A DNA stretch of 64,000 bases, taken from the human T2T-CHM13v2.0 reference genome, Homo sapiens. The notes below the pieces were generated by a model. It did no database searches and had not been told where the DNA came from. It saw only the letters and a program-made list of their open reading frames with translations. Positions 39,300 to 54,520 of this stretch are shown piece by piece. Both the position numbers and the translations under genes were made by a program. Position 1 is the first letter of the stretch. Each line of letters begins with the position of its first letter. The stretch is taken from assembly GCF_009914755.1 (NCBI RefSeq), contig NC_060935.1. One strand, written 5' to 3'.

Positions 39300-40750
39300 C
39301 CCATCATTTGTTCATTCCTTCAGTCATTTCTCTAACACGTATCGGGTGCTTACTACGCACTGGACAGGATTGTAAGTGGTCAGGGTACACAGGTCACCCA
39401 GAAAAGGTCCTTGCCCTCATGGAAGTCACCTTTTAGTGGGAAAAGCAGATGATAAACATATAATTACACAAGGAAGCTTTTGACGACAAGGGTGGGAAGA
39501 AAAGGACAGGTGATGTGATGGAAAGTAACTGGAGTGTGTTGGTCAGGAAAGGACTGTGGAGACGGGAACAGTGGACCTGAGCCCCGGGGGATGGGCAGGA
39601 GGCAGCCATGCACAGAGCCTGAGAGGAAGCACAGAATTCTAATGAGAGGGAAAACAAGTATGAAGCTGTGTGGCTGAAACCGTCTTGGCAAGTTAGGGAA
39701 AGAAAACGGAAGTCACTGGGGCTGATCACAGTGCTAAGCATGAGAGCACTGCAAGATGAGGTCACGGAGGTGGGCAGGGACCGGCTTGTGCCAGGCCTTG
39801 CTGGCAGGGTGAAGAGTTTGCCTTTTCTCTGCGTACAATGGAAAGGAGAAGAGGTTTTAAGCAAGAGAATGGCTTGGTCATGTGTATGTCTTTGAGACAC
39901 CCTGGCTAGTCTATGTATGATGCAAAAGGTGGGTGGGGCAGGGTGACAAGAAAATACTGTTCCGGAGCTTCCTGTGGCTGTGCCTATAAGAGGTGGTGGT
40001 GGTGGTGTGGAAGGAGGTGTGGCAGTGAATAAACAGAGATGTAGAAACAGCGTGTACATATATTTTAAGGAACACTGAGGACGTGATGCTGGAATTTGTG
40101 ATGAGAGAGTGGAAAAAATCCAGGATGACTTCCAAGAGCTGACTCAAGCACCTGTTGGGTTATGATTCTTTTAACCCATGTAGAGAGACTGGTGGAGTAG
40201 GTGGGAAGGAGAGAAATGAGGGAGCAAGAGGACCCTTAGATACACTAAGTTTATGATGTTTGTTTAGCATCAAGAAGAGTTTGCAGATGGATTTATGATT
40301 GCAAAGCTCGGGAAAGAGATGAGACTTGGGGATTTAAGTATGGGAGAGATCAGCTTATATTTGTTCTTAAAATCTTGAAATTGGGTAAAATCACCAAGAT
40401 AAGGAGAAATTGTAGCTAGAGAGGAGAATGGCGGATCGGAGTCCTGAGCTTTTGCAATATTTAAAGGTTGGAGGGAAAAGGAGCAGAGAATTGGCAGCCA
40501 ATGAGGTAGGAAGCAACCCAGGGAGAGTTTGAGACCAAAAAATACAAGAGAATGAAATATTTTATGGAGACAGTGACCAATTTTGTGGAATGCTGCCACA
40601 ACCAGGAGTTCTGGAAAAGGAGAAGTGAAAAGTATCCATGGGACTGGATAAGATGATAGCTTGAGGATTTTGGCAAGAGAGGTTTCAGGAGAATAGTAGA
40701 GAAGGGAAGAAAAAAAGATGGTAGTAATTGGAGAGGTAAATCAAGTCAAA
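39300..40750 (-). mobile_element. Long L2 LINE remnant
   Basis: ttcattccttcagtc...gtgcttactac...ccttgccctcatgga...ggtcaggaaagg...ccaggccttg...gaggttttaagcaagag...caggatgacttcc. This explains the 208-aa ORF 39433-40059. Confidence 0.75.
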
Positions 40751-43479
40751 ATAATTGGTGTGTGTGTGCATACGTTCAGACCCACATTATCTAGTGCATG
40801 ACTGCATACAGATGAGAAAGTTCCATCTCATCTGTGCAGATGGAGGGAGTATAGCGCTGGAGAGCAGAGGTGAGAGGTAGAGTACAAGCAGAGGGCTGGC
40901 ACACCTTTGGTGTGAAGGGATTTCTGTTGCTTGTTTTGTAAATCTTTCTTCTCTTAATACTTCTGATTCTTGCAAGCTGCTCATCTGGAACAATCTGGTT
41001 ACATATTTTTATGAATTTTCCAACAGGACAGTTGAGAGCATGAGGAATTTACCAAATGAAGAAGTGGATTTTCAAGATTCTTCTTTTACCCCCTTGAATG
41101 ATGTTATGCTCTGTGTACAGAGGGGCAAATTAGGAGAGTAGCAAGGAGGGATGCCAAATTGGAGTAGGAGGGATATGAGGCAGTGACAGTGGATGTGTGA
41201 GGATAATAGAAAGTTTGATTTGAGGAAACCTCACCGTGGGCTACTTCATTACCCTTAAGACTTTTAGTTGTGTGTTCTCTCTTGTCTAAGTAGTTCTGCT
41301 CTAGAGGTTCAAGCTGAACCCAGAAGGAAAAGAAACCTATTTGAAACTGTGTAAAACACCTCCCTTCAGAGAGCTTTTCTCACTGTTTTTAGTCTCACTG
41401 AAGATGATCCCAGTATGGGATGACGATTCTGCAGAGATCTGGCTTGTCTTTACATTACATCTCTAACCTGGAGAGTCTTGCTGGATGTTTCCCCAGGATT
41501 GTGGTTTCTTATATTTACTCCTGATCTAATGCAAAGCACCACGTGCAACTTATGTACAGTTCCACGACTAAATAATACAATGGAATCACCACAAAATATT
41601 ATCAGCTCCTCCCAGGCCTCTGGTTGTTGAGGAAGAAAAGTGGGTGGTGCTTGTTGGAGATAAAACAAGACGTTAGTGGGTATACATTGTGAGATAAATA
41701 CATATGTATTTTAAAGTTTACTGGAGGGTATCTGTATTTACTTGGTTTTCCCCAGTGTTTTACAGATGGTGCAAAGTATACAAACATGCACAATGTACAT
41801 ATGACTGCCTGTCTTAGCAGACAATACCTTATAGACATATAGACATAGTCCAGTTAACCTGAGCTAGAGACTCTTACCTTACAAATGATTGTCCCAAAGC
41901 GTTCAGTAATGTTTTCTTATTTTATCTCTTTAAGCAATACTAAGTGACTTTTGGGATGAGACTGTCTTTTATCTGAATCTAGGTTTATGGAATATTTGAA
42001 TATCTGATACCAGACATGGGGATCCACCTCTCTTTGTGCCCAGCCAATATTCAGTGCAGAAGGGGATTTGTCACTGAATCTGGCATGTTGCCCTAACATT
42101 ACTACAAGCCTGAATTTTGATAATTATCGCAATTATTTAAGTAAATGGATTAACCTTGCTTTGACAACATAGTTTATGAGCTGATACAGTGTCTTTAAAT
42201 AGCATTTCTTAATACGGGTGCAAATGATAAAATTTATCAAAGTAAACCCCTGCATGAAAGGTTTCCTCTTCGATGATTCTGCTGACTGGAAGAGCAGGTC
42301 CCCATGGCAGTGCGCATAGGGCACGTGGAGGGGTTAAAGGGGAGAGGGAAGATATTCTCGAGGGTAATGAGATGACAGGCACATTGTACAATTTCTCACA
42401 CATCTAATTTATATCTACATAATTTTAAAAATGGGCAGTAACTTATAAGTCTGATTCAATGCCACTTATTAGCTGACATTTTTCAATATTGTGTTTGTGT
42501 GGCTCTATTTTCTAAGAGCAACAGAGTAGAAACCTGTTATCCTATATCATTTCTCTGAGTGGGAATTAAAAGCCTGGAGTTGCATCCTGGGCTTCTGTTC
42601 CCTTCTCTGCCATCCCTGCCCCAGCCACCACCCTTTTGGGGAGAGTTAGAATACCATCAGCAAAAGAGCCATGGGGATATGGATTCAAATCCTGTCCATA
42701 GCAGGGTGTGGCCATGTGACCTTGGGCAAGTTACTTAATTACTTAGCTCCTTACTTCTGTGTAGTGTCTTACAAGTGACAAAGCATTTCCTCATATTCTC
42801 TGTGCTTGTCTGTCTCTCCCCTGGAACTTTAAGCACCTGGAAGGCAGGGTGTATGTCTTTGATCTCGGTATCTCCAGTGCAGAACACTGTGGAACAAAAA
42901 CAGGGTAAATGAACGATAGAACTTTGTTTGACTCCTACCACAAGCCCGTGAGGTGTCAGGAAGATTGGGATAACCTTGTAAAGCACCTAACACAGCTCAG
43001 TAAAAATGGACTCTTGTTATTATTGGGTAACAGATATTATTCACTTGGAGAGATAAAAACAAAACCAAAACACTAAATAATGGGCTTGGCTCTCAACCCA
43101 ATTCTTCTGTTTCCACTCTACTTCATTGCCCTTTAGTCTAGGTGAGGTGTAGATCCATTCTAATGGGCAGGTGTTTTCTGCATAATCATCCATATTAAAG
43201 AACACACTTACAGTTATGGAACATCATCTCATATTATCTAACTCATTTTTCTTTCTTTGCTTGCTTCCTTTTCCTCTTTTCTTCTCCTCCCTTCTGGAGA
43301 TATTTATTGATTATCCATTTAATGCCAGAGTTTTGTTAGGTGCTGGGGATTTAAAAAAATGAATAAAATGAAAGAAGTTGTCATATCACAGGAAGATGGG
43401 CATTTAAACAGCCAGCTGTAAAGTAAATGGAACATGATGTGGCAGAAGCAGGTAAAACTGCTATGCAAAAGCAGAGAGA

Positions 43480-43850
43480 GAGTGGATTAGTAGGGCCAGC
43501 TGCTGTAATAACAACCCCTAAATCCCTGCAAACTAACACAACACATATTAATTCTTACTTGTGCAATGTCCATGCATAGAGTGGTTCTCCTGCATGACTT
43601 CTTCCAGGGGATGATTTGGGGACTTGGACTCCCTTCTTCCTGTGATCCATATTGCAGTCCTTACTTTGATGCAAGTGGGCAGAGGAGAGTAGAGAGTGAT
43701 GTAGTATCTTTTGGGGCCAGTCCTGGAAGCAGCACCTAGAACTGCCATGATTTCCCATCTGGAAGCAAGGGGGCTGGGAAAGGCACCCTTTCTCTGGGCC
43801 TGGAAGGGGAATGATGGTGGTTTGGTGGACACATAACATTGTCTCTGCAC
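43480..43850 (-). mobile_element. Old MLT1 MaLR LTR
   Basis: gctgctgtaataacaacccctaaatcc...aacacaac...ttcttact...gcaagggggctgggaa...ggtttggtggaca..cattgtctctgcaca. Confidence 0.6.
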
Positions 43851-43923
43851 AGGGAACAGCTATTTCTATATGAAAAGTCTGTGGATCCAGGAAGATGATG
43901 CAGAAGGGGGGCCATTTGTCTCA

Positions 43924-44301
<378 letters not shown>

Positions 44302-47300
44302 CTAGGCATGCAACTCTGGGTTTTTGGAATCCAGTCAAGGTGTTGGAGTCGTCAAGTGGAAGAGGCATCTGCAGCAGCCTAGCATGGTCACTGTGGCCTT
44401 CTGGCCTCTTCTCACCTCCCCTTTCCACCATCTACTTGGTGTTGAGTTGCTTATCAGTTTGGTTTCTCAGTCTCCAGTCTCCTGTGCTTGCAGAAGCCGC
44501 ATCTCCACTAAGGAAGCTCTCTTGCTACCATGCCCCTTCCCCTGGCTGGTGTGGACTCAATTTCCAGGCTCACTCACATGGAAACTGCACCCAAGTCATC
44601 AACTCTGGGCTGGTGACACAACAAAGAATGGGTGGCTAGAGGTCAGTCCCAGAGCCGGCTCTGCTGCCCTGCAGCACCCAGTTGGGAGGGCCCAGTAACC
44701 TGTGCTGCAACAAACCTTCGGATGGTTCTAATGCAGCTAGTTTACGAGTCACCACTTTTCCCTGTTTCTCTTTTCTGAGTCCACCCTCCAGGTGTCTGAT
44801 TCCATCAGTCTGGGTTGGCGCCCTGCCAGAGTGAAAGAGACCAGTGGGGCAGGTGTACAGGCTGTCACTTCTACTTCTCCGGCTCGTTTTTTCCCTTCAC
44901 TCTCTGAGCACCTACCCTCAGTTCCACCTATCACTTTTCCCAGCTAGTTGGCCCAAGCATGGATAAAGAATTTTAGAAATGCAACTTTCCTTTTTTTTGT
45001 CTCTCTCTGTAGGTGCCAGTTCTGTCATTAGAAATGTCTTGCCAAATTAGAACACAAATAAGCCAAGAATATTCTTCAAAATGCAGATAATCAAAAGCAC
45101 AGCACTGGAATCTGATCATCCCCCACACATCCATGGTGACAGCCCGAGTTGCTCTCTTAGAGCCTGGCAGACATTCTAATTCCAACTCACATTTTTCTAA
45201 AAGGAAAAAAAAAATACCTGTTAGGCTGATATTCCTTAAAGAAGAGTCTTTCTTAGAGAACTTTATAAAAGCCATATTTGGGCGTTATTTGTATGTGAAA
45301 ATTGTGCTCTTTCTGCTCATAAACTTTTCTGAAACATTTTTTTTTTCTTTTCTGTGAGAGCTTAGAAAACGGCTAGTAATTTGAAGACAACCTATGTGAC
45401 ACTGATATGCTTTTGGTAGCAGATAAATGCCACTGGCTGGTGCAAAGACAATTTGCTTGGAAAATGTGAAGTGCTTTATATCTAGAAATACTAGGTACAG
45501 AGTAAAATTCTCCATTTGTTAAAATCAGACACTGACTTGCAGTAGTGAGTTATGTGCTGGGCTTTATTAATCCTTCTGCTCATATTGCTTTAGACATAGG
45601 AGACAGCGGCGCTGATTAGTGGTGAGCTCTTGATGAACTATATTTGGGAGGCCCCAGTTTTGCAGGAGGGGGCTCAGGCAGGTCACTGCTTCATGCACAA
45701 AACATAGGGAACACAAGCAGCAGTTTGGATGTCCACAGCTCATCTCAGCCTTGCTTCCACATGAGGAACAATGATATCAGCATGTAATCTCAGCATTTTG
45801 CCCTTGAAATAAAATTCTGCCCGCCATTGATATCCAGTAGCTCACTCCTCACTAATTCAAAATAGGTCCCAGTGGATTGGCATCCCCTCCATCTGAATTG
45901 CAACATGCACTTCATCTCCTCCTGTTTAAAATGAGGATGAGCATGCTTAGAGTGTTTAAGAGTTGGAAGCTGCTTCAGGGGTAGGTATTTGTAGTTTCAT
46001 GAATTATTTATTTAAGCAAATGTGTACAGCACATTTATGTGTTGGAGTATATGCCTGATCACACTCAAAGGGGTGTCGTGGAAATGTATCATGCCACGGC
46101 ATCACCATTTTGACATGTGTAGTGCGGAGAACCAAAACACTGCTCCTGGGATAGAACAGGATTAGTTCAGTTTGGAATCATTTGGCTCTCATGATGCAAG
46201 ACTAAGTAAATGCGTTTTATCATCTTCCCTGTTGTGTAAGGATAAAACCCAGCCTGGATCTATTTGGGCTTCATGCCTGGAGTTTTGAACTAAACACAGT
46301 CCCATTGGTGTGTAGTCAGATTTCATTGTTTTTGGTTTTGTTTTATTTTCCCCTTTCACCAAGCACAAATCCGGAAAAAAAGCAGTATGTGCATTAAAGG
46401 TTTGCGGTATTTTCCTTATAGGGCGATTCACAAAATTGCATAAGTCAAGTCCAATTTTTAGCTATTTGTGTAAAACAAACAGAGGCTGTCTTTCCCTATT
46501 TCCTTAGCATCTCCTGTCTCACGCACACACACATAGCAAGAGGTCTGCTGTAGCACTTAACGGTGCATTCAGGGGTTTAATTTGAAGCAGTGCAGGAAGT
46601 GAGATGCCTGAACTCCACAGCGCTCTCATATCTGGGCATACACAGCCTTGCGTCAACCTGGAACCCTTTATCCCACTGGGTGTGGTTAGCAGCACCTTCT
46701 TGACTTGCTGGTGGGCACCTCCTTGACTTTTTTTCTGGTCCACTTGAGGTTAAAAGTTGAGGCGGGGTGAATCTAGAATGAGCCCCTAACACATGTAAGC
46801 CTATACCCTTCTCTGAAAATAGCAAAAAGTGAAATATCCAAACTAACAGGTTAACCAGGTTCAATATTTACCTAAAATTGCCAACATTTCAAAAATCATT
46901 TAAGAAAATAACCCAAATAACTCATCAGCCAGCCAGTATTTGTTAAGAAGAAAGGACAAATTGCATACTTGTTAATTTCCCTGTGGGGTAGTCTCAGAAC
47001 TGTGCAGTGACCTCTCGCTGACATTCCTGCACCTTTACTGATATGCTCCCAAAGTCTCACTTAGAAGAGTGAATATAATTGCTCACTCTGATGGCTCCAT
47101 TCAGGAATCTTCAGGAGACACAAGTATTAAAATGAATAGATGGCGTCTGGCAAATCTCTTCCTGCCAGCGATAAGCAATCTTGTCTATTAAATGTCTCCC
47201 AGTGCAGGCGGATAGTATATTCCATGCCTGGTCCGTAGCAGGGTGCAGGCTGATGGATTGAATGTATCTATACATTGTATACAGCTAATGAACTGGGGTT

Positions 47301-49360
47301 AGTTACATAAGAGGAAGATTGATAGAACTCAGAAGTTATAGCCAGATTCAGTCCAGAAGGAGAATGAGAAAGCGATCCCGGAAATCTGGGTAAAGGGGGA
47401 GATAAATCAGGTGGGTAGACGTTATAAACAGGCCTGGGAAGCTGGGTCATGCAGGCAGTGGGAGACTCGCGGGAGACTGGGAGATGGGGAGACGTGGGGG
47501 AATGGACTGCTGATGACTGCTTCCTGCCTTTCCTCCTTAGCACACTTGGGCTGGACAGACATATGTGCTTTTTAAACAAGAATCTTTCTGAAACCTGGAA
47601 GCATTAGTCTAAAAAGATGTCAGACACCTTCTGGTACCCTTATTTTAGAGAGGAGAATGCACCTAAGGCACATACATTGCCACAAGGTCAAATAGGCCAT
47701 TTCCTGATCTTTGCCGCTCTCAAAATAAAAAGAAAATGTAAAACATATATGCAATTGTTAAGACAAAATAAAAAGGAGAGAAAGAGAAGGAACTGTGCCT
47801 GTTGCTAAAAGCTAGAGTTCAGTGTTTTAAGAAATAGAATGGAAAAGTTTCCTTGAAGAGAACTTTATCTTTCTTCTCCAGAGGAGTCCACAGGTTGTCA
47901 TGGATTTTACATTCATCTCTAACCCTACACAATGCACACAATATGAATCTTCACAAATGAAATATGTTCCATATATTGATCTGTGATTTCTTTTCTCTAC
48001 AGATAGTATATCAACAATATGCTCCCATGTCTGTATGTATAAATTAACCTTGTTTCTTTTACCTAGAAGAATAATACTCTATTTTGTAAGGTTCCATAAC
48101 ATATTTCACTAGTTCCTTATAAATTTATGTGCATATTATTTCTAATTCTTCTTCTCTGTCAAACAGGCTACCATGAGTATCTTCATGTATACAGGAAAGT
48201 GCCTCTGAAAGCAAATTCTTGGCTACAGAGTTACTGGGACTAATGGTATACAAATTAAAAGCTTATGAAATATTGAAAATTACCTAATATAAAGGTTATT
48301 GGAAGGTACAATGGAATGGAATGTACATGGATCTGTACAGACATTTCCAGAAAAGCTGGTGAGTAGTGGGATGTTTCTAAAATGTGACATTTGCCACACT
48401 GGTAGTTAAAAAATGTCTAATTTATATATATTTAATTATGAAGTTTAGCATCTTTTCATATAGGTTCCATGCAGCTGGCCAGAAAAAGGCCCCCTTCCTT
48501 TGCATGATGGTGGTCTTGACTTGTTTACCATGATGCCTTCTTACATTGTGTTCTCCGTACCTGGTATTGAGGGACTGGGTTTATCTTCCCACCTGATGCT
48601 ACTTATCCTCTGCATTATGTGTGAGATAACTTCTGGACCGCTTCAGGAACCCTCCCTGCCTGTGGAGTCATCTACTCTAATTGTCCGGGAGTTCTGCACC
48701 CCTGCCAGACCCTCCCCTCCCCGGGACTGTCTTCCTGTCTTTATGAAATCCCAGCACCTACAGAGAACCAGGCACATAGAAACACTCAGAAAGTGGTTGG
48801 TGTAAGAAGGAAGAAAGGAAGGCAGGGAGGTGGGTGCAGGGATGATACACGCTGGTATGAAACATTCACAGTGAATAGAACATCTGTAAGACACAGGGCC
48901 CTGGGGTCTGTCCATGGAATTCATTTTTTTCAATTTATTTAGTGCCTTAGCCCTCAGGGACCTTGTTTCCTCACATGGAAGCCAGTCAGTTACGTATATG
49001 GGGGTGGCTAACATCCCAGTTAATAACAGTGATGTTGGCTTCAGTCAGATCTGAATGTGAGTGATGGTGTTCTCTCCTAGGGTTTTGTGATTAGTTTAAT
49101 TTACTTAAGCCTGAATGTTTCCTCCTGAGATTAGTATGAGGTTTAGATGATACAATATATTGAAAGCACTTGATGCAGAGCCTAATGTAAGTAAGCACAC
49201 AATAACCATTGGCTGCTATGAGTAGTACTTATTATTATTAGTAGTAGTATGATTATTTTTATTATCAAATGGTAAGATGGTCCATGCAATGCTATCTTTG
49301 TCCATAAGGCCATTGGTGCCCATGATGAGCAAGTTATTGTAATAGAAATTAAGCTCAATT

Positions 49361-49764
<404 letters not shown>

Positions 49765-50109
49765 TTACTGAATCGGTGGTGCTCCTCTGGTGATAGAGGC
49801 TTGTTCACAGAGGGGAGAGTGTTCCTCAAAGCTGACCTGCTTTGCTTCTAGGAGGAGTGATTGCTTGTCCTAAAATCAGTGTGTCCGGTTCAGCCCTTTA
49901 GCCACAGGGCTTTTGTACTTGCTGTTCTCTCTGCCTGGAAAGGCCATCCTCATGGTATCTCAAGGGCTTCTTTTCTTACTTCTTTCAAGATGGCAACATA
50001 GCAGAGGCGTCCATGCTGGCAACTGATATAAAATGGCCCCACCGCCCCAGTGCTAGGCAATCTTTAGCACTCAATGCCCTGAGAAATGTCCATATATTTT
50101 TAGGTTTGT

Positions 50110-50615
50110 AAAACTTTATTTTATTGTGGTCAGATTACCTAACATGAGATCTGCCTTCTTAAAACATTTTAAAGTCTACAATACAGTACCGTTAATTCTA
50201 GGAACATTGTTGTGTAGCTGCTCTGTAGAGTGTATCTTGCATAATTGAGACTTTATGCCCATTTGACAGCAACTCCACGTTTCTCCCTCCCTCCAGCCTC
50301 CGGGAGACACCATTCTACGGTGACTCTACGTGTTTGAGTATTTGGGATACAGCGTGTAAGTGGAATCGTGCAGTGTTTTCCCTTCTGTGACTGACTTATT
50401 TCACCTAGTGTGATGTCCTCCAGGTTCATCCGTGTCGTCACATATGGCAGATTTCTTTCTCAGTTAAGACTGAATTGTGTGTATATTGCATACTGTTACA
50501 TGCATTAGTGTATATTACTGCGTTTTCTTTAATCATTCATCTATTGATTGACATTTAGGTTGTTTACACATCTTGGCTATTGTGACTAGTGGTGCAATGA
50601 GCATGGGCGTGCTAA
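50110..50615 (-). mobile_element. L1M (L1MA9/MB-like) 3' fragment, inserted into an L2 remnant (~49890-50745)
   Basis: aacatgagatctgcc...tacaatacagta...cttatttcacctagtgtgatgtcctccaggttcatccgtgtcgtcaca...cttggctattgtga; L2-like sequence on both sides. Confidence 0.85.
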
Positions 50616-52870
50616 TATGTTATGTACATTTATTGTTTACCTATTGATTTCCAATTGTTCCTCACTAAAACCTAAGCTCATAAAGGTGGAAGCTTTGTTT
50701 TGTTCACTGATCCTGTGTCTTCAGAATCTAGAACAGCACACTGACCTAGACTCTAATCCCAGTACCTGTTTCTTTGTTCTTATTTACTAGAATAAAAAGC
50801 AATCTCAGTTGAGTTTTAGGCGTTGCACAAAGAGAAACTTCCAGCATGATTGGAGACATCATTGTCTCTGGCACCCTTGGGGATTTGGGGTCTTGTGTTG
50901 GGTCCACCTTGAGTACTGGCCCTATACCTAGAACAGTGACCCACATTCCCAGGGTCTCCAAGGTCCATCCTCCTGAGTCACGAAAAATGTCCTGTATGGC
51001 CAAAGTCACTTGTAAGCCTGTTTTTATTTGAATGTCCCGGCCCACTCCAGCTAGTGCTGTCAGCTTTTCAGGTCCTTTTCAGAAGTCCTGGGAGGGTAGA
51101 AAGCTCTGTGCTGATGTTGGATGGACATTTCCTCTTCCTTCTAATGCCCCAAACTCCTATCCATTCATCCTATTGAGACTCTCCTAGCTACTCACACTTT
51201 TCTCTTCTGACACTTTGCACACTTACTAGTATTTACTATTTATAATTATTCTGTTATTGTTTTCCTTACCAAAATGAAGGATGCTTCTCTGTTTTGTTTC
51301 CTTCCCTATCTTGACTACCTTGGTGCTTGACCATATTCAGTGAATATTTCTTGAACATTATTGGTGGATTGACTTTGTTTCCTCTCCCCTTCCACACCAC
51401 ATCCCAGTAGTGGTACAATGGGAATCCCAGACTTTAAATCTGTCTTCAGTGCCACTTGCCTGGGTTGCCCTAGAGGCCTCCTGTTTTTCATTTTTCCTTT
51501 GCCCTGCAATGTATGGCAGGTGACCCAGAAGGGTCCCAGAAGGATGCTCCTGAAGTTTGGCCCACAACACCTTCCTGCTTTTCCACTGCACACAGGTCTT
51601 TGCAGACTAATAACACGTGGATTCCCTTGCCTGGTTTTCTGGGCATCCAGCATACTGGCTTCAACTTTTCTTTCCATCTTACCTCCACTATCTCTGTCCT
51701 CTTGCTTCTGCCAAGCCAGGCAGTTCACCTGCCTCACCTATACCCTGGCTTTTCTCTCGTACACTTTGTTCACTCAGTACTCTCTGTCTCGGAAGCCCAC
51801 TCACTCCCCTTTCACCCTCATCCTTCCTTTGCACGTTTAGGTCCTACATAAGCTGAAAAAGAACAGAGTCTGGTCAAATCTTGACTCCGCTTGGCCAATG
51901 GATGGTACTTCTCTTAGCCTCCGTTTACTAAAATGTTAAGGGGGAGGAGATAATGGCACCTACCTTATCAGGATACTGTGAGAGTTACATTAGATACTGT
52001 ATATAGACTGCCTGGCATACATGCTCCGTAACTATAGACTATTATTTCTCTTCAAAGCCCAACTCAAAAAATGAAATTCTTCTCTACGAACCCTTCTCTA
52101 ATCCTCCCACGCATGGCCTCTCTTCTTCCTCCACTTCCTTCTGGTTCTCTTGGAGTTGCTGAGCACGTTGCCATGTCTTAGAACTCATCAGGAACCTGTT
52201 CTGTCTTCCCCTGTATCCAAGGTGGGAGGCAAGTTGAAGTCAGGAATTATTCTTGTGTTCTGCACAGTGCCCTGGACATTGCTGTTGTTTGGTAATTGTT
52301 TTTTTTTAATGGACTGAATCATTTTGCTGCTGCCCAGGCTGCTTTCTACTACAATAGCCTGTAGCCTTAAGCAAGGATGAGCTATTTTCCCTTTAGTAAT
52401 GGGCCAGCATCTAGGCCTTGATTTTGAGTTCTTAGTATGGTACCGTGAAAATCACTAGTGTTGAAAGGAATAGGATCAGAGGGGGAATAAAAAGGCATTT
52501 GATGAGGCTCTTAGTGTAACAGTATGTCTCACTCATCTTTTTTTTTCCTTAGCCTTTGAAATAGACAATGGCCTTGAGCCTTCTCGGCAGATGGACCATG
52601 TTTGTGCCTTAGCCACTTAACAGCCATTAGCCTAATTCCATCCTCTACAGCCAAATTAAATAATAAGTAAAGGCCTATGAAAAGCTGGTTTGGAGGCAGT
52701 GTTACTGCCTTTCACTTGACAGCCTTCTCTGAAGCAGATGCTCCCTCTCCACCCTATTAACCTGCTCCTCTGAATAAGGAGCTGTCCACACAGAAGCAAA
52801 GATAGAGGCCTGCAGGAGAGTGGTCTGGATTCTGGAGATAGGGGGAAAATCCTGATGATGAAAGTCCAGC

Positions 52871-53152
<282 letters not shown>

Positions 53153-54472
53153 CTACTCCCACCTCATAGGCCACAGAAGATGAGAGCTTTAACCCAAAGT
53201 CATGATAATGCGATTTCTGCTTTGATTGGTCAAAGCTGCTATTTGTTAGTAGATAGTATATGACCTATAAAAGTTCACAACAAGAAAGTAATACCCTGGT
53301 CTTACTCCTAACAAGTCTGATAATACATTCTCTTTTATCACACTTTTTTTTCCTCTGTGTCCTTGCTTATAGACTCCTCCTCCTGAAATACTTCCTTCTA
53401 TTCCGAAATCCTGGATACCCCTCAAGGACAGCCTAAATGTCCCTATCCTCATAAAACACATCTCCGATTCTCAATCTCATTCTCTGACTCAAGTACCTCC
53501 TCCTCCTCTGAGCACCCTTCACCCTTAATCTGAACATAATTTCTAACTGTATTACTATTTTCAAACTTGAATTATAGATGTATGCATATGACCCTTACTA
53601 CCAGGATCTATGTTCCTTCAGGGCAGGAACTCTATAGTAATCTAAATACTTCCTACAAGTTTAAACTTATTTGTATTGTGTTTGTGTGTGCACACATATA
53701 TGTACATGCACGTATGTATATATTTATATACATACACATATACTCAGTAAACATTTTTTGCATCAATGCATACATACTTATGGGCATTTTAATTTTTTAT
53801 TTACACACTCTCTCTCTCAGCTATCCCTTAGTGGCCTCAGATTTTTTCTGCATGTAGTCAAATAGGTCTCTGTGCTTGTGAAAATGTTTCTATCAACTGT
53901 GGATACGCATAACCTGATTGTTAAGGTGTTACTTTGAGAGATCTAGACAGTGTGACTGCATTTTTTTCAACTTAAAGACTGGCAGAAATCTAAAGCATTC
54001 AACTCAATTAATTTTCTCTAAAAAAGAAGAAATTTATTACTCCAACACAAAGATACCTATTACAATGGTTATGCTTTATAAATAAGCAAACATGGATGTC
54101 AGGTTGGGATAGCTCTGACTGGTGACCAATGCATTATCTCTATTTCTCTCTTCTTGCCCTTGCTATCTATCATGATAGGCCTTGATGCCCCAGAGAACAG
54201 AAAGGAAAGGCACCTTAGAGACATTTTGCTGTTGTTATTCTGATCTTGTGGTGGCATATAGACTTAAAGTCTCTGATATAAGAAATACACACTAACTTGT
54301 TTGTTTGGTGCCAGTTTTAAGAATTTTGAAAATTCAGAAGGTAGCCATTCATCATGACTCTTAGGTAGAAAGCGCCATGTTCAAGTTCCTCCAGCTGCTA
54401 GCAAGGACAAGCATGGGGTAGGTAAGGCAGACCCTGGTTGGCTTTCAGGCATCAGGGAAAGACCGGACCATC

Positions 54473-54520
54473 TGTTGCCATGGCAACATTCATTGGTTTT
54501 ACAATAAACATGAACAATGA
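54473..54520. promoter_or_regulatory. Candidate intronic enhancer core: perfect RFX X-box plus NF-Y, SOX and FOX motifs
   Basis: Palindrome TGTTGCCATGGCAACA 54473-54488; ATTGG 54492-54496; ACAAT 54501-54505; ATAAACA 54504-54510; AACAATG 54513-54519. Confidence 0.55.

Noticed and set aside
39433-40059. 208-aa ORF
   Set aside because: Lies in a decayed L2 element; no RT or other domain motifs.
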